Positions 24,601 to 40,134 of a stretch of DNA of 64,000 nt are shown in pieces. Position numbers and translations under genes: made by a program. Every line of letters starts with the position of its first letter. Positions within the stretch are counted from its first letter, which is position 1. The notes under the pieces were generated by a model, which worked only from the letters and a program-made list of their open reading frames with translations, searched no databases and had not been told where the DNA came from. Source of the DNA: Octopus sinensis (lineage: Eukaryota); contig NC_042999.1 of NCBI RefSeq assembly GCF_006345805.1, positions 93,434,001 through 93,498,000 of the forward strand. The letters are read 5' to 3'.

Positions 24601-24769
24601 CAGGAGTGGCTGTGTGGTATATAGCTTGCTTACCAACCACATGATTCTGGGTTAAGTCCCACTGCGGGGCAACTTGGGCATGTGTCTTCTACTATAGCCT
24701 CCGGCCGACCAATGTCTTGTGAGTAGATTTGGTAGACGGAAAAGGAAAGAAGCCCGTCGTATATATATT

Positions 24770-24841
<72 letters not shown>

Positions 24842-25067
24842 ATATGTTTGTGTGTCTGTGTTTGACCCCCCAACATCGCTTGACAACCGATGCTGGTGTG
24901 TTTACGTCCTCGTAACTTAGCGGTTCGGCAAAAGAGACTGATAGAATAAGTACTGGGCTTACAAAGAATAAGTCCTGGGTCGATTTGCTCGATTAAAGGT
25001 GGTGATCCAGCATGGCTGCAGTCAAATGACTGAAACCAGTAAAAGAGTAAAAGAGAAAAGAGTAAAA
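24601..25067 (+). mobile_element. tRNA-derived SINE, near full length, with internal (TA)n/(TG)n
   Basis: Homologous to the reverse complement of 63345-63733 and to 61530-62000; (AAAAGAGT)n tail. Confidence 0.85.
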
Positions 25068-25069
25068 TC

Positions 25070-25760
25070 ACACTCGACTGCACCACTGGCCACACCGAGC
25101 CTATAACTACAAGCCCCCCTCCCTGATCGGCTGACTACAACCACACACTCCAGACATTCCAACTCCAGGAAGTGGGAAATTTTATTGTTGCACAACCTTT
25201 CTCTCCCCAAGTTAAATCTCTACCTAAACTCTTCTTCAAAATCTAAGATGTAATTTTTCACCCCAGCATAAATACTACTCCATCTTCAGCAATTTAGGAT
25301 CCATAATCGCTTCCACGAACAAACGCAAACTCCAACACCTGTCTTCTGAACACCTAAGCTCTCACACTGCACCCCAATTTAGCCCACATATGCGCAATAA
25401 CAAAATCCTCAGTAACACCCCCTCAGTTAAATAATACTAGACACAAGCCATCATCCCACAATCCTGCCTGAGCGACAAGTACCAGCTCCAATACCATCTC
25501 CCAATTCAATATAAATGACGCTTTAGTTTCTCCCCCACTGACAACAAAATAACCGAGACAAACTCGTTAGTATTAAACCCCAACCAATGAGCAGATAGGA
25601 AAGCTTGCAAATGTCACGCATCTTAATTATGCCTTCTTGCAGGCTCCTGTCTACGGAAAAATGTAATCTACAAATGCCGTGTTACAATACCCCCCTTTCA
25701 CCAAGCAAGGGTATATATCGGCGGCACTGTAGATTTCAAGTACCGCTATCGTGTACACAT
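25070..25760 (-). mobile_element. Possible highly degenerate LINE APE endonuclease remnant
   Basis: Weak motifs (LQE, RVLEFA) on the minus strand; heavily disrupted. Confidence 0.3.
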
Positions 25761-27912
25761 GATCACTTTCCCTCTCCTTAGAATATTTGAATAAATAATA
25801 GGACAGTGAGTTTTCTTAGGTTTGTATAATTACACGCATGCACAAGAATACAGACACACGCAGAAAGACAGATATAGACACACCATACATGCACACATAC
25901 TCACATATGCACACTTATATATACATATATACGTATATATGCATGTATATATATATATATGTATATACGTATATACATAATTACATTCATATGTATATGT
26001 CTATATAGAACTGTGTGCATGAATGTGTTTGTGTGTGTGTGTATATGTGTGGATGCATGCTTGCGTTTCTGTACTGTGTATACATGGTTGCAATAAAATT
26101 TATTTGAGTAAAATTATACACATAACTTTTAAAATTAATTCAGTGCATACGCATTTAAATGTTCGGTGCAGTGTGAATATATTACTTTATAAACATATGA
26201 ATGCTTGGTACGTTACTATTTTTTTAAATAGTCTTATGAATATAATTGAAACAATTAGATTCATGGAACCCGTAATCAAGTGCCAAATATGGAAATTAGT
26301 AACTTTTATATCCTACTAAAATTTCATCACTCATTTATTAAAGAAAATAAATTGAACTTGTAATGTATATTATCTTGTATACGTATATATAATTTTACTT
26401 GCTTTAAGGCAATTCCATTGGGAAATAGTTGTATAATCTTCTATCCGAAAATGTCTCCTTCGGTTCACATCAGATTATCTTGGCCATGTTTAACAACAGT
26501 ATATTTTGAAGATTTAGTTTCAAGATGTTCAAATTGCTATTCTACATATCGAATTCTTGCATCAATCAGCGAAAATAAAAGACTATCCCAGTTGAATGTA
26601 ACAATTCTTAGGCCTTTAGCTCGGGTCAGGCTTAGTGTTCTCGGCCAGACAGGAAGGAACTGTCTCATTAGGAGGATTTATAGAATAATCGATGCTAACT
26701 TTACAATCGCCTGAATAAAAGGAATGGTATTCTATTAAACGAAAGAATGATCTTTGACTTTATATCCCGGGAAATTCCGCTTTCACTGTATAAAACTACA
26801 AACTTGATTAGGATATATTTGAAAAGCTCTATCACAACGAACCTGATTTAATTTTGAAGAATGGAATTCCATTGTCCACATTCGAGAACAAGTACAAATC
26901 TTCTATTACGATACTTTATGCTTTTATGAGACGAGAATACTTAAGTATTACAATTTCATATTTGAATCTTTTTCCCATCAGGTGCTTTACCATGGTAATC
27001 ACTGTATTCCCTACTCCGAAACGAAAGAGTAAAAGCCATGTTATTTTAACATCTGGCTACACATAGACAAAGTATAGCGATAACTGAAAAATGATTAATT
27101 CTCAAACAGTTATTCTTCGTTTATCTTTTTCAGTTTTTCAGTATAACAGCGGGATAATAAGTAATGACAGTATTCTTCGGAATTAAAACCAGAAGCAGTG
27201 TTTGATACGTCGCAATCATGAGAGAATATACACGGTAAGAATAAGACAAATCGCAGTGCATATATACTTATCACACCAGTGAAAAATATCCTTATATGCT
27301 CAGCAACAATTAATCGGCAAAACAGAAGTAGTAGTCTTCAGGAAAGATATTATATCATTAAACTGATTATTAAATGGAATAATTTATTTCGGTTACTTAA
27401 GCATTTTTCTTTAGTATGTGTGCATAATATTATACACATAAAGTGGTAATTGTTTACCTTTCAATCGTCTGGTGACAGGTACATTTTCTATTAATATTTT
27501 TGCCAGCTTAAATAAGACGGTTTAGCAGAAGAAAATGATAGTGTGCCAATCAAATGACATGCAATATTTTGTTTTACTCATTTTACGCTGATATCCGATA
27601 GTGTCTTGAAGATGAATCCAGTATTATTCCTATACAATGAAATGTAGCACATATCCCCATAAAAACGAGTGAACATTTGCCATTGGAATTAGTCATTGCT
27701 GCATGAGATAATACGTAGACAATTTAAGCTATTCTATATAAAAAGAACTAGAAATTGTTATAACTCCGAAATCTGAGTATACATTAGTATGTTTTGTTAT
27801 TTTCGTACATGAAAGTCAACATTAAAATATAAAATTAAATAGTCTTCTGTGTAAGGTATCTATTAATGTGCGTACGTGTGTGTGTGCGTGCGATCGTGCG
27901 TGTGTGCGTGCG

Positions 27913-27956
<44 letters not shown>

Positions 27957-28149
27957 ACCTTAGTATTTATATTAGTGCAATTAACTTTAGAGTTGCTTCT
28001 CCCCTGCCAGAATCTTCAGGGACTACAACAAGATGTTCCAATCCGTACGCCTGGTGATGACTAAAGCAATTGCATTATTTTGAATCCATCTTCTTTATAG
28101 TAGATGCCAGACCGTCGCAAGAGTTTCATGCTGATCTGTACGCTATGCC

Positions 28150-29100
28150 TTAAGAGGGCAAGGAACAGTGAATTAACTGGCAAAGAATTTCCATCTATAG
28201 TCTCTATCAACCACAACTAATTTCAAGTGGTTTAACCTGACATTCCTATCTTACACTTAGTTTACTTCAGTTTTTTGTGCGTTCTAATTCAGCAATCATC
28301 AAGAAATGGTGCACTATGTTTCTAGGAAACCATAACGTTAATGTAGTGTTCCTGACATGAAGCACACCAGCCAATTTCTTATCTTTGGCTTTCTTCAGTT
28401 AGTGAGAAATATCAATTCTTTCCTCTTAGAAAACTGTGATCTCACTCGCGATGATATTTTTACTACTCCCGGACAATAAGATCCGTTTGGTCGAAGCAAC
28501 GTTAGGGTCAAATCTTTCGGAATAACCCAGTTGCATTCCGATATGAGAAATGTGCTGCAAAATAGAAAACAGATCTTCAACAGCTGCTTATATCTTCGGT
28601 GTTTTATCACTTCGGCTTAAAAATTTGATTTGGGTAAGGCTACATGTTCTTTGTTGGCCTTAATTGTCTGCAAGTCCATCAACTGAAGCTTTTCTCATAC
28701 GTCTGCTTGTATTTGGCTACTTAGTGCTCTAAGGCATGTGCTCAAATGCGGTTCAGGTTCAAATGGTTGCTCCATAATGCGTGCAAGAAATATTGTTTTC
28801 TATGCTTCAATATTCGGTCATCTTGTGTTCAAAATCTCCCCGAGTACAAGTTCCCAGGATAACCTCTAACGTTTTCAGGTAAGCCTTACAACTTGTACGC
28901 GCCGATCTGGTTCGTTTGATTCCAGGAACATCTGTCTTAGAAGCCTTCTCTTGCCATTTGTATTGGCATTTCTCCACTCCTACAAGCTATAGTTTCCAAA
29001 CTTGGCCGTCGTTGATAAACTATGGCAAAACTTTTTAGTTATTTCGAATATATTTCAGCTTCCTTCAGAGCTTGCTATTCCCCTCTGCGGTCTCCTGTGG
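28150..29100 (-). mobile_element. Ty3/Gypsy RNase H to integrase remnant
   Basis: VIPKDL...PGVVKISSRVRS resembles the integrase zinc-finger region; many stops. Confidence 0.45.
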
Positions 29101-29714
29101 GTGTCTGATTTCTTCACCTTCAGTTAGTAGCAATGGATTGGTTGTTCTATTTTTTCTAAGTGAACTTGAATTCTTCCAGCACCTATGGCATACCTAAACG
29201 GAGATTGGGTGTTATGTTGTACAAGAGGAATAACCAGCCATATTTGCACAAAGTTACAGCACAATCTCCCTATTTCACCCACTGAAACCAATGCAATACA
29301 TACGTGTGCCAGAGAAAAACAAAAAGTGATTACCAGGGGAAGTAGAACTCATATCACAAATCTGTACTAAAAGAAACACACAAGCTATATACAAGTGAAA
29401 GCTATAAAACATGTTTGTTGGCACGGAAGTTCCCACCATCAATAAAATCAATAAATAAATAAATAAGAGGTGATTGACTGAAAATTTGTGTACTACAAGA
29501 AAAACAATTGGCTTCAATAAAAGAGATAAAATTACTGAATTATTGTTTGGTGAGAGTGCTTGTCCCACAATATTAGAAAATATACCAACCTCATTTTGTC
29601 TATTTTACTAAATGATAAAAGTCTTGCCGACGCAGTCCGACAGCAGTCAATTTGAACTATAATTTATGTGTGCATATATATGTATGTATATGTAAGTATC
29701 TGTATATATATATG

Positions 29715-29766
<52 letters not shown>

Positions 29767-31021
29767 CATATATATGGTGGGGGAGTTCACGAATAAGCAA
29801 AAGACGAAGACAGGTGGTGTACAAAACAAACAGATGTATTGATGTGTGTGTATAAAGAGAGAGAGAGAGAGATGGATAGAAGGAGAGAGAGAGAGAGAAA
29901 TAATTGGTTCCATATATGTGTTCAATTTTATTTATTTGTTAGATATTTACGGCTCTTTCAGATGTTTGTGGGGGTAGGTGCACAGCTTAATCTTATCAAT
30001 TAATCGACAGATCGAATGAAAGTACTGATTAACACGCTCCTAAAATATCTTTTCAGAGCTGCAACAAGCAGACTGCAAAGGAAAGGAAGGCATTTGGTTA
30101 GTCCGGCATTATTCGAGAACTAAGACATCTAGTTTAACTCAGCAACATTAAGGCATTAAGGCATTGAATTACATGGGTGTATGTCAACATTCAACAAACA
30201 AATCAGATACACTACTACCTTGTCATGGTCATCGGAAGACTCTTTGCAATTACTCCTTTATTTTGAAAGAAAATGTCTTGGGAAAGCATTTATAAAATAC
30301 AAAAGTATTGGCAGCTACGAGGCTATTATTCAAACGGAAATGAATAAAATCTACGAGGGGTGTATGAAAAGTTTTGAGCTTTGAAGTCTTGTACCTTCAT
30401 CAGAATTCTTGTGCCATGTTTTGTATTTTGAGGCCCAATAATTTTCATACACTGGGGCTCAATAATTTTCATACGCTGGGAATTATGATAAGCTTAAACA
30501 ATTCACAGTAAAGGTTAAAAACTACAAACAGGGATTATAAATAACTATAGCAGTTAAAGTATCTATAAATCTATGACTCATAATATGATCCTGATATATA
30601 AAACTAAGTTATGGTTGGCAAAGTATCAATAATAAGGCTAGGAAATAATTCTTAAACAGGGTGGTAAACTAGAAACACTAAAGGAAGAAGATGAAAATAC
30701 TAAGAGAAGATATAAATAAAGCAAAATGAAAATGAAAAATAGAAATGAGAAAAGGAAGATTTAGAAAAAATTCAATGGGTATCTCCTGATTATCACAACA
30801 GAGGAAATGGAAAATTAAAAGAAACTTATAAATCAAGGGATTGGGAAATCTGACAGCATGTAATATAAATATTCTTGTAGCTATAATCTACTGAGTAAAG
30901 AGTTCCCATATCTATGCAATTCAAAAGATTATTGATTTAAATAATGATTTGAATATATTTGTAAAATATGTTTACGTCTTATCGCAAATTGGTGCAAGTA
31001 TGTGTATGTATATACATACAT

Positions 31022-31137
<116 letters not shown>

Positions 31138-31173
31138 GTACGTATATGTATACATATATAAAATGAATATTTA

Positions 31174-31225
<52 letters not shown>

Positions 31226-32049
31226 CTTTAAACTGCTGTACAAATTGTATATATTAAGTGGTGACAGTTTGGAGACTTGGTTAGAGACAGAGAATGAAAA
31301 AGAAGAAATAAGGGTAGTAAAACACGGAAGAAAAAGGAAACAGAATGGAGCTACTTAGTGATGGAGGAAATTCAAGACAGGTCAAAACGTTAAATATTTT
31401 ACCAATTGCAATACGTTCCGTTTAGTCATTGTATGACAGATATTTTTGGTCAGTTGTCGTGTTACATGACTATATAAATTGGAATATATCGAATTGTCTT
31501 GGGAGGTATTTTAAAAGTCTGTAAATGTGTATGAGTCTGTGTATGAATAAATGTGTGTGAGTGAGAGAGTGTATGTTGTTTTCTGGTTGATTATGTAAAT
31601 TTTACCCCCTTATTTTAGTAATAGTAATGAGAACATTTTTAATAATATCGAGTGGTAATCTGATTTAAGTCATATAGAGAAAACTATGTTTTATAACGCT
31701 TTCTCATGTTTTTATACGTTCAGTTTAAGTACTTTTTTTTCTAAAATGTAGTTACATTGCCTTCCGGTGCTATGAATTATTCCTTGGGCATTTTCAGAAA
31801 GTAAAGATCGTGGATCTGCTGTTTCTGGTTAGTTCTAGCTGCTTGCTCAGCGGAACCTCATGTTGGTAAAGGCAATTGTTGCTTTCAACAATATAATTAT
31901 TTTCACAATTAGGATGTGCTATGCAATATACTAGATACTGATTCTGGCATTTATTTCAAAGGTGAGTGCACTTATAAAGGCACCAATTTCCAAATATTTG
32001 AAGTCGTTGTTGTTGCTACATATTCCACGTCTGTGGTCTCTCCAGATAA

Positions 32050-32300
32050 AAAAAAAATCAGGATCTACAAATATTCAATAACGACAGAAGCAATCATAAT
32101 AGCTCACCGTTCTTAGATATTAACTTAAAGATATGCGTCTCAACTATAATAATGGGTTATATATTACAGATACACTTACAATTGAAATTCTACTCGTGGC
32201 ATCCTTCACACACCAAACCGAGCATTCATTATTGCAAGTCCTAATAGTGGTTGGCCCGAAAATACGTCGAATTCGACTCAATGAACTTATAGGCTTCTCT
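32050..32300 (+). mobile_element. Very degenerate Penelope-like RT C-terminal remnant
   Basis: Fragments SPFLDINLKI and HTKPSIHYC. Confidence 0.35.
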
Positions 32301-32394
32301 AAAGAATGGAAGTACACTTTAAAATTAACAAATAGTAGAACTGCATCGTACAACTGAGGACACCTAACAAAAATACTATACCACTTTGATAGAG

Positions 32395-32443
<49 letters not shown>

Positions 32444-32474
32444 CATATGTATGTGTGTATATATATTCATGTAT

Positions 32475-32529
<55 letters not shown>

Positions 32530-32584
32530 GTATGTGTGTATATATATTCATGTATATATATATTATATATATATATATATATAT

Positions 32585-32594
32585 AGATAGATAT

Positions 32595-32665
<71 letters not shown>

Positions 32666-32690
32666 TATAGATAGATAGATAGATAGATGG
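32585..32690. repeat. (AGAT)n microsatellite
   Basis: Direct reading. Confidence 0.95.
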
Positions 32691-32734
32691 AGATAAATAT
32701 AGATATAACCTTCCGAGAACGATTATTTATGAAA

Positions 32735-32976
32735 GGCCAACGGTTTTCTATGCATACCAGCCTCTCTTAACCATGCCAGTGATGTTATCCAAGGGAACGT
32801 TAAAGGCCAATACAGATTGGTACAAGTGAGGTCGCAACTTATTTTTACAGTTCGGTGAACTGGAGGAACGTGAAATAAAGTGCCTTACTCAGTAACAAGA
32901 TACACAGCCCGGTCCGGGAATCGAACACACATAATTGTGAGCCCGACGCGCAATCCACTGAGTCATACCCTTTCAC
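32735..32976 (-). mobile_element. tRNA-derived SINE, second family
   Basis: Reverse-complement head GTGAAAGGGTATGACTCAGTGG...GTTCGATTCCCGGACCGGGCTGTG is homologous to 46238-46330. Confidence 0.7.
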
Positions 32977-33090
32977 ATATATATATATATAAGTTTGTGT
33001 GTGCAAATATATGTGTATGTGTGTAAATGTGCATGTGTTTGTGCAAATGCCTGCGTGTTTATCCTCACTCTGGTTCTCTCTCTCACTCCT

Positions 33091-33125
<35 letters not shown>

Positions 33126-33893
33126 CTCGTTATGATAAGTAGCTGTCCCTTGTGCTCTCGACGGAAGGTAATTCCGAAATCACAAAATTTTGAGTGCATG
33201 TTTGAAATTTTAACACGTGCATTTGATTTCTTACTCTGGTGGGATTTTTGATTTGATGTAATGCATTCATATTTAATCGGGAATTGGATAAAATAATAAA
33301 TGGTCATTTCAACGGTGTTTCAGCTCTTACAAGGATTGCATACATAACTAATCGCTTATAGATTCAGGAAGATTTCGCGGATATTATTAAATAATGAGCT
33401 GAGGGTATTTCACGGGATGTCATATAAGTACAGGATAGTATTATTATTGTCCAATCTGAAGGAATGTACCATTAAATAAACCTGGCGGCTATAAGAAGCA
33501 GATACGCAAGCATTAAATAAACGGTTTTTCATTTTATAATCGTTATACAATTCTTTTGGGCGTTCACATCGAATGCTTGAGCATATCTGTATGCTTAGCC
33601 ATGGACAAAATTACTGACCTCCCTGTCTGGCAACCTTGATAATTTTGAGATATTATTCTCTACATGAAGCAATTGGTTGCCTTGTTAACTCAGAAATAGC
33701 TTTTACATGCGCAAGCACATGTACAAACACACACATCTGTTTATATGTATAAGCGCGTATGTGTTCGTATAAATAAGATACCCCTATTTATAGTTGTACA
33801 AAATGATTACCTTTGTATGGTATTTATTCCCATGCTGGCCACCTGATAATATCGATATTTAAATATCGATACTATCCTTATTTATAAATTTGA

Positions 33894-33950
<57 letters not shown>

Positions 33951-34102
33951 TATCTGATTTAGAGGTTAAAATAACTGCCTAATGTATACATCATCCATTA
34001 TACTACCGGTATAAATAATTAATAATTAATAAACAATAATTTATGGAAATCAATTGTTCATAAATACTATCTGCTTTTCTGTTTTCGTTAAATTATATAT
34101 AT

Positions 34103-34134
<32 letters not shown>

Positions 34135-34876
34135 ATATATATATATATGACTGAGTTGGGCTAGTGGACAGCTTAATGAGGATGAATATAATTGCATCAG
34201 CACTAGTTTCTCCCATCGGGGCAGAATTTCAAATTATATCAAAAGAAAATGCAGCATTACAATTTACCTATATGAAATATATCACTGACTTAGAAAATAA
34301 GATTGTGATGTCTATTAAATATAGAGCTAATTCCCACAAAAATACTGGGGCCAAATTATCAACATTCATGCTACTCTACATATAGTGCGTTCTTGGTCAG
34401 CTTAAGAACACCTCTGATGTGAAAGTAAGGCTTACATATTTTCGCAGGACTATTTAGAGATGGAACTGTCCACATTACATCTCCTAGATTCATTTAACTA
34501 CATGCTTAAAAAACCCAGCAGCAAACTAATCGAATTCACCAATATTAGTATGTCTGCAATATCATGGTTGCTGTCCCAACTCTAATTAAATGTTTACAAT
34601 AAATAAAAGAATGAATACATAAAAAAATTATTAAACAAAACGTGTATAATCGATTGAATTTAATTTCAGAACATAATCAAGCTAATTTTATTTTATTGAC
34701 AGTAGACTGGTGAAGACTGAAATAAAATTTAGGCTAAAACATAAAATTACAACCCTATCGAACTATCATTCTCTTATACATCAGCTTTTATTTCATTTCT
34801 CATACCAACACGTAATATCAACGTATAGTTCGATCTATCAATTTCAAACCTTCTCTTCCTTTACACAAGCACACAC

Positions 34877-35035
<159 letters not shown>

Positions 35036-35669
35036 TATATGTATATAGATAGATAGAGACATATAGATATACATATGTGTGTGTGTGTGTCTGTCTGTAT
35101 GAATGTGTAAAATATTTAGCAGAGGTAACGGAGTAACTGAAGCTCAGAGAATTTCGTGAGCTGGCACTTACCAAACTGGTTCCAGGTCGAAGACTTGTGT
35201 GCTTGTAGAGCTAGTGATGAATATAATTCGCTCTGTATTGTTCTCGATCAAATTTTGAAATCATAATATTCTCACGTGGATAATACAAATAGTTTCCTTT
35301 TTATGTTCTCCTATAAGCAAATATATGCATGAATAAATAAGTATAGAAAAAAAGAGACAAAAAAGAAAGAAACCTTATGCGTGCCATCACACACGCGCAC
35401 ATATTCACATACAAACACATACCAAAAGACCCACACCAATTTTGCACACACGTATAAACGAGCGTGTGTTTATGAACTACGCGTATAGATGTGCATCTAT
35501 ATACACATCCGAATAAATGTACACATGCACACACACACACACACGTATATGTATATATATATACACGTACATACACACACGTATATGTATATATATATAC
35601 ACGTACATACACACACATATCTATATAGATAGATAGATAGATATATACTCACAATTATATACATATATT

Positions 35670-35910
35670 GTATCCTATTTCTTTATTACCTACAAGGGGC
35701 TAAACATAGAAGGGACAACCTAGGACAGACATAGGTATTAAGTCGATTACATCGACTCCACTGCGTAACTGGTACTTAATATATCGACCCCGAAAGGATG
35801 AAGGGAAACGTCTACCTCGGCGGAATTTGAACTCAGAACGTAGCGGGAGATGAAATACCACTGAGCATTTCGCCCGGTATGCTAACGATTCTGCCAGCTC
35901 GCCGCCTTAA
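35670..35910 (-). mobile_element. tRNA-derived SINE, third family
   Basis: Reverse-complement head AAGGCGGCGAGCTGGCAGAATCGTTAGC...GAGTTCAAATTCCGCCGAGG; homologs at 47565-47730 and 61340-61510. Confidence 0.8.
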
Positions 35911-35929
35911 TATATATTGTATCCTGTGT

Positions 35930-37340
35930 CGGATAAATAGTTTAACGAAGCAGGAGCAAAGAAATATTTACACGATGCACTACTATTATTGATTATCATT
36001 TCTAACGCTGCGAAAGTTACCTTTCTTTTTGGTTTAAATACCGGTATGGCGTTTTCTTTTACTTGAAACTTCGCCTTTATTTTGATGCACAGACCTCTTT
36101 CATAAGCCAAATCTCCAGGAAAAATCTTTTTAAATTATTTTTTCCATTTCATCTGACGACTCATTTGTGCTGGCGGAAAAATCATTCACATTTTTACAGT
36201 AAAGATTTATGGGGTGGTCCCATTAAAAAAAATTACTCCATCCAATGTGTTTCGAATATGTCTGTCGCATACATTCTTCAATACAAAATCTTTAACTTTC
36301 ATTTCTTTTACACGAAATGTATCGTCACTTAACATTTTGCACTTAGTACGTAATTTTTTCCCTGAAACACCACTTTTCGAAGTTTCTTTTAATATAGGTC
36401 TCCCGGCCGATATTTTTCTCCATATCCGTGTTAATTATTGAGATAACATTGCCCGTATCCAATGGTAACTTTACTTTTTTTGTCATTAATTTTTTCATAC
36501 ACAATATTTCTTCGAGGCTCGTTCGCATTTTTTGTCACCTATAACCTGTTTATGCTATTTTTTCTGTTGAACCGTTTTTAGATTTCGTGTTACAGTGTGA
36601 TTTTTTAAATGACCTTATATTTGAAACACTTTATATTTTTAAACGAACAGTTACTTTTAACATGTAATCCACCTTGCCCATAACATAGATTCGGTTTTGG
36701 TATTTTTTCTCTTTGTCGAATCCGTTACCGGTCGACACGGATGAATAAGAATGTAATGTTTCTCTTCAATTTTATCTACGTCATGTCTTAGATTCATAAT
36801 ACTCTGGTATTCTTCTGTTAATGCCTGTAGATTTAATTTTTGGTCCTTTTCTAATTTTGTCAATATCTGGGAATGTATATCTGTATCATTGCTTGCAGTT
36901 AGCCCCTGAAAAAATTTAGACATTTGAACTTCACTCGGGTTAATTTAATTAATTTGAATCTTTCACAATCTCTGGTAACAACTCCAGCATAGGTGATGAA
37001 ATCTTCATCATCTTTTTTGACCAAATATAAATATTGCGGGCGATTATTGGACCGGAAACTCCTTTCACTGAAAATTGTTTATAAAATATTAATTGGTTCA
37101 TCAAAACAAATCTAACCTGGTTTCTTCGGCAGAATATAATTACTATACTTTTCTTGTTCGGCAGGCGATAACTTTCTCAAATTTAATCATAATCATTTTC
37201 TCGTAAGACAAATTTTTACATTCTTCTTAAGAGATTTCTTCGTATCATCAAAAATATGTAGAGAAGGTAATTCCTCGTTCTGGATTATAAATGAAATCTT
37301 CAATTGAGTTTGCTATTCTGTCTATCGTGTAAGAACCTGA
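35930..37340 (-). mobile_element. Ty3/Gypsy gag, protease and RT-start remnant
   Basis: gag-like IANSIEDFIYNPERGITF...KYSNYILPKKP; protease VKLPLDTGNVISIIN; GLCIKIKAKFQVKENAIPVFKPKRKVTFAALE. Confidence 0.75.
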
Positions 37341-37693
37341 GTTATATTCAGCCTTCTTCAACATTAATTCCAGCAATTGTTGGTTTTGTTGTTGTTGTTG
37401 TAGTTACTGTTGCACAACTGAGACCAGTAAGAATTCCGTGATGAAAAGATTTGTTTTGGTTTTCGTACAAAAAAAAAAAAATCTAAATATCCAACGCAAC
37501 CTTCGAAGAACTTGTCGCTACTTTTGTATCTTGGTGTTGGATAAATAATATAGCGATTCAGAGTGAAACAAGTATTGACCCGAGGCACTACTCTAAGTCA
37601 AAATCTCTGTGCCAACGGCTCAATCTGAACTACTTAATTATCATCAGTTCCTCGCAGTTCTTGTTTTGTGCATTATGTCAGTCCACTTTTAGT

Positions 37694-37729
<36 letters not shown>

Positions 37730-38556
37730 ACACACACACACACAAACACACCCACACACACACACACAAACACACACACGCACACACACACACACTTACG
37801 CCCTCTATCACAGATGCAAACACGCACACACTCGCGTGCCTACATATACACACACGTATATATATATGTGTGTGTGCGTGTGTGTATGTATATATATATA
37901 CACACACACATATATATGTATATGTACATACATATACATACATACACAACGCGTTCATACATGTGTACATATATATAATATACTTGTCCAGAAGGAAATA
38001 TATTCATCACCAGCTGTATAAATTGTAACCAGTCTCATGAGTGGCAACACAGAAAACTCTCAGACCTTAAGTCTCTCTGTTACTTCTGCTAAATATTAAT
38101 AAAATATACATATACTCAGGTTTTGTGTTCTTTTGTTCCTGATCGCATCAACATACCTATATGCAAGTATGTATGTGTATACATATATGTTTGGGTGTGC
38201 ATGTGTGTGTGCGTATATGTATATTTCTATATGTACGTATGTGTGCATAGATGCATGTATGTATGCAAGCATGCACGTATGCGTGTGTGTAATATTTAGC
38301 ACGACATTCAGACGCAGCTTTGTTTTCATGAACACTAGATTACTAGAGACGAATTCGCCTGGAGGAATTAGTTGTGGTGTGCCGGTGAGAAGACCACGGA
38401 TATTAGTTTCAAATCCATAAAGCTCTTAGCCTTATAGACCATTGGCCACCCATTGACCGGTCATATAAAGAACTACCTGTAAATATATTACTCATCTACT
38501 ACTCTATGTTAAGACTGAGCACCTGTTTTTGTATTCATATTCCACCGACATACCGG

Positions 38557-38641
<85 letters not shown>

Positions 38642-38645
<4 letters not shown>

Positions 38646-38850
38646 GAAAGAATGGAGTCGAACGAAGATGTTGACAAATTTCCTTTACTCTTGACCCATG
38701 TTTCGAAGAGAGCATATTTTCATTCCGAAGGAATAAAGGGTGCATTATGCAATCTTCTCGTCAGGAAAGAAAAGGACCCTCTCTCAAAACAAGACAAACA
38801 AAAATTTCGATGATTGCCTACATGGAAACCAAAGCAATAATGAGTGTTTT
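38642..38850 (-). mobile_element. Family F3 copy (one arm plus spacer) with an HHR motif at 38688-38769
   Basis: High identity to 20856-21067; reverse complement reads CTTTC-CTGACGA-GAAGA...TCTTC-GAAAC-ATGG-GTC-AAGAG. Confidence 0.85.
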
Positions 38851-39260
38851 TTTTTTTTTAATCCGTTATAAGCATTGACGTCAAAAATAGATAGTAGAAG
38901 GAAGTAAAAATAGGTAGGGGACTGTATGATTGTTGTATGTATGGAAATGTGTGGGTGTGTGCTTGTGTTAATGAATGCGTGTGTTTGTGTGTGTGTGTAT
39001 GTGTGTGTGTGTGTGTATGTGTGTGTGTGTAAGTGTGTGTGTATATAACTGCATTTGTGTCTGTGTGTGTGAGATTGTGTGTGTGAGGGAGAGACAGACG
39101 TCAAAGATAGGTAGTAGTAAGGGAAGATATAAAGGAGCAATAGGTAGGGAAGGGGAAGTGTACGTTGATTGATAGAATGTATGGAGGCTTAGGAAAGAAT
39201 TTCTCTATAGCAGTGGTGTGGACGTGAAGCTAATTGTTAAAACCACAGTGACTATCATTA

Positions 39261-39737
39261 TCATTTAAATGAGTAGAAAGTGTGTTTCTGCCAATGTTTA
39301 TATTTGTACGATTTTTCTATGAGTGTGTTTACTAGAGGAACCTTAGCGAAAAGAATATGGAAGAGCTCAGAGTTACAAATGTTACAAAATCTCCTGCCCT
39401 TCTCAAAAGGAAAGGATACAGACAATATGAACCAATCCAACTTGAAAGTGGTATTGTTGTCTTTAAGACACCAAACTAATTTACTTAGCCCTGTACTATG
39501 TCGTTTTTTTCCTATCTCTGAATGTCGAATAGTGGTTAGAAATTCTCTTGGATAACTGAGAAGTGGACGCTCCTATATAGAAGAAAGCATCGGTACCGGA
39601 AGAAATTCTACACAGGTAAATGGAATTCTTAATTTTGGAATTACTAGACAAAAATGTTATTCTCTTAGGGTTGTCCTCCGAGATCGAGACGAAGTTTTTA
39701 TTGTTATGATTGTTGTTTTTATTATTACTAGCGCTAA
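39261..39737 (-). pseudogene. Penelope-type GIY-YIG endonuclease domain with a single frameshift
   Basis: SIYLCRISSGTDAFFYIGASTSQLSKRISNHYSTFR; one extra A near 39505 shifts the frame to STGLSKLVWCLKDNNTTFKLDWFIL...FCNICNSE...YSFK*. Confidence 0.75.
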
Positions 39738-40134
39738 CAACTACACTATTTCTATTATTATTAGTATTATTAATTGTACTACAACCAGCAATATCACCGA
39801 CAATACTACCGTTATTGTTGTTACCACTTCTCATAATACCAAGCTTCTAAACAAAGATTCTTCACCCGGGAGTTCCAACACTAATATTACCAATTCTAAC
39901 CCATCATACAATCATAATAATAGAAATACTATTAATAGTACCAGCATTGGTAGCAGCGATAGTGTTAACAATGATGATATTAATAATAGTATTAGTCGTG
40001 TTAATAACATTGGTAGTGTTGATGATTACAATATTAGCGCTAGTAATAATAAAAACAACAATCATAATAATAAAAACTTCGTCTCGATCTCGGAGGAAAA
40101 CCCTAACAGAATAAAAGTTTTGTCTAGTAATTCC
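39637..40134. repeat. Inverted repeat (~100-bp arms, 39637-39737 and 40034-40134) around an AAT-rich spacer
   Basis: Both strands encode NNKNNNHNNKNFVSISE..NP in the ORF track. Confidence 0.85.

Noticed and set aside
27975-28022. Minus-strand CTGAAGA-TTCT..AGAA-GCAAC-TCTAAA-GTT
   Set aside because: Core mismatch and no stem I pairing; possibly a decayed HHR but not supportable.
30057-30097. Possible host micro-exon (TTTTCAG ... GTTAGT); similar candidates at ~12901-12992 (-) and ~52109-52190 (-)
   Set aside because: Splice-like signals and short open frames only; no recognisable protein and no consistent strand. RNA-seq would be needed.
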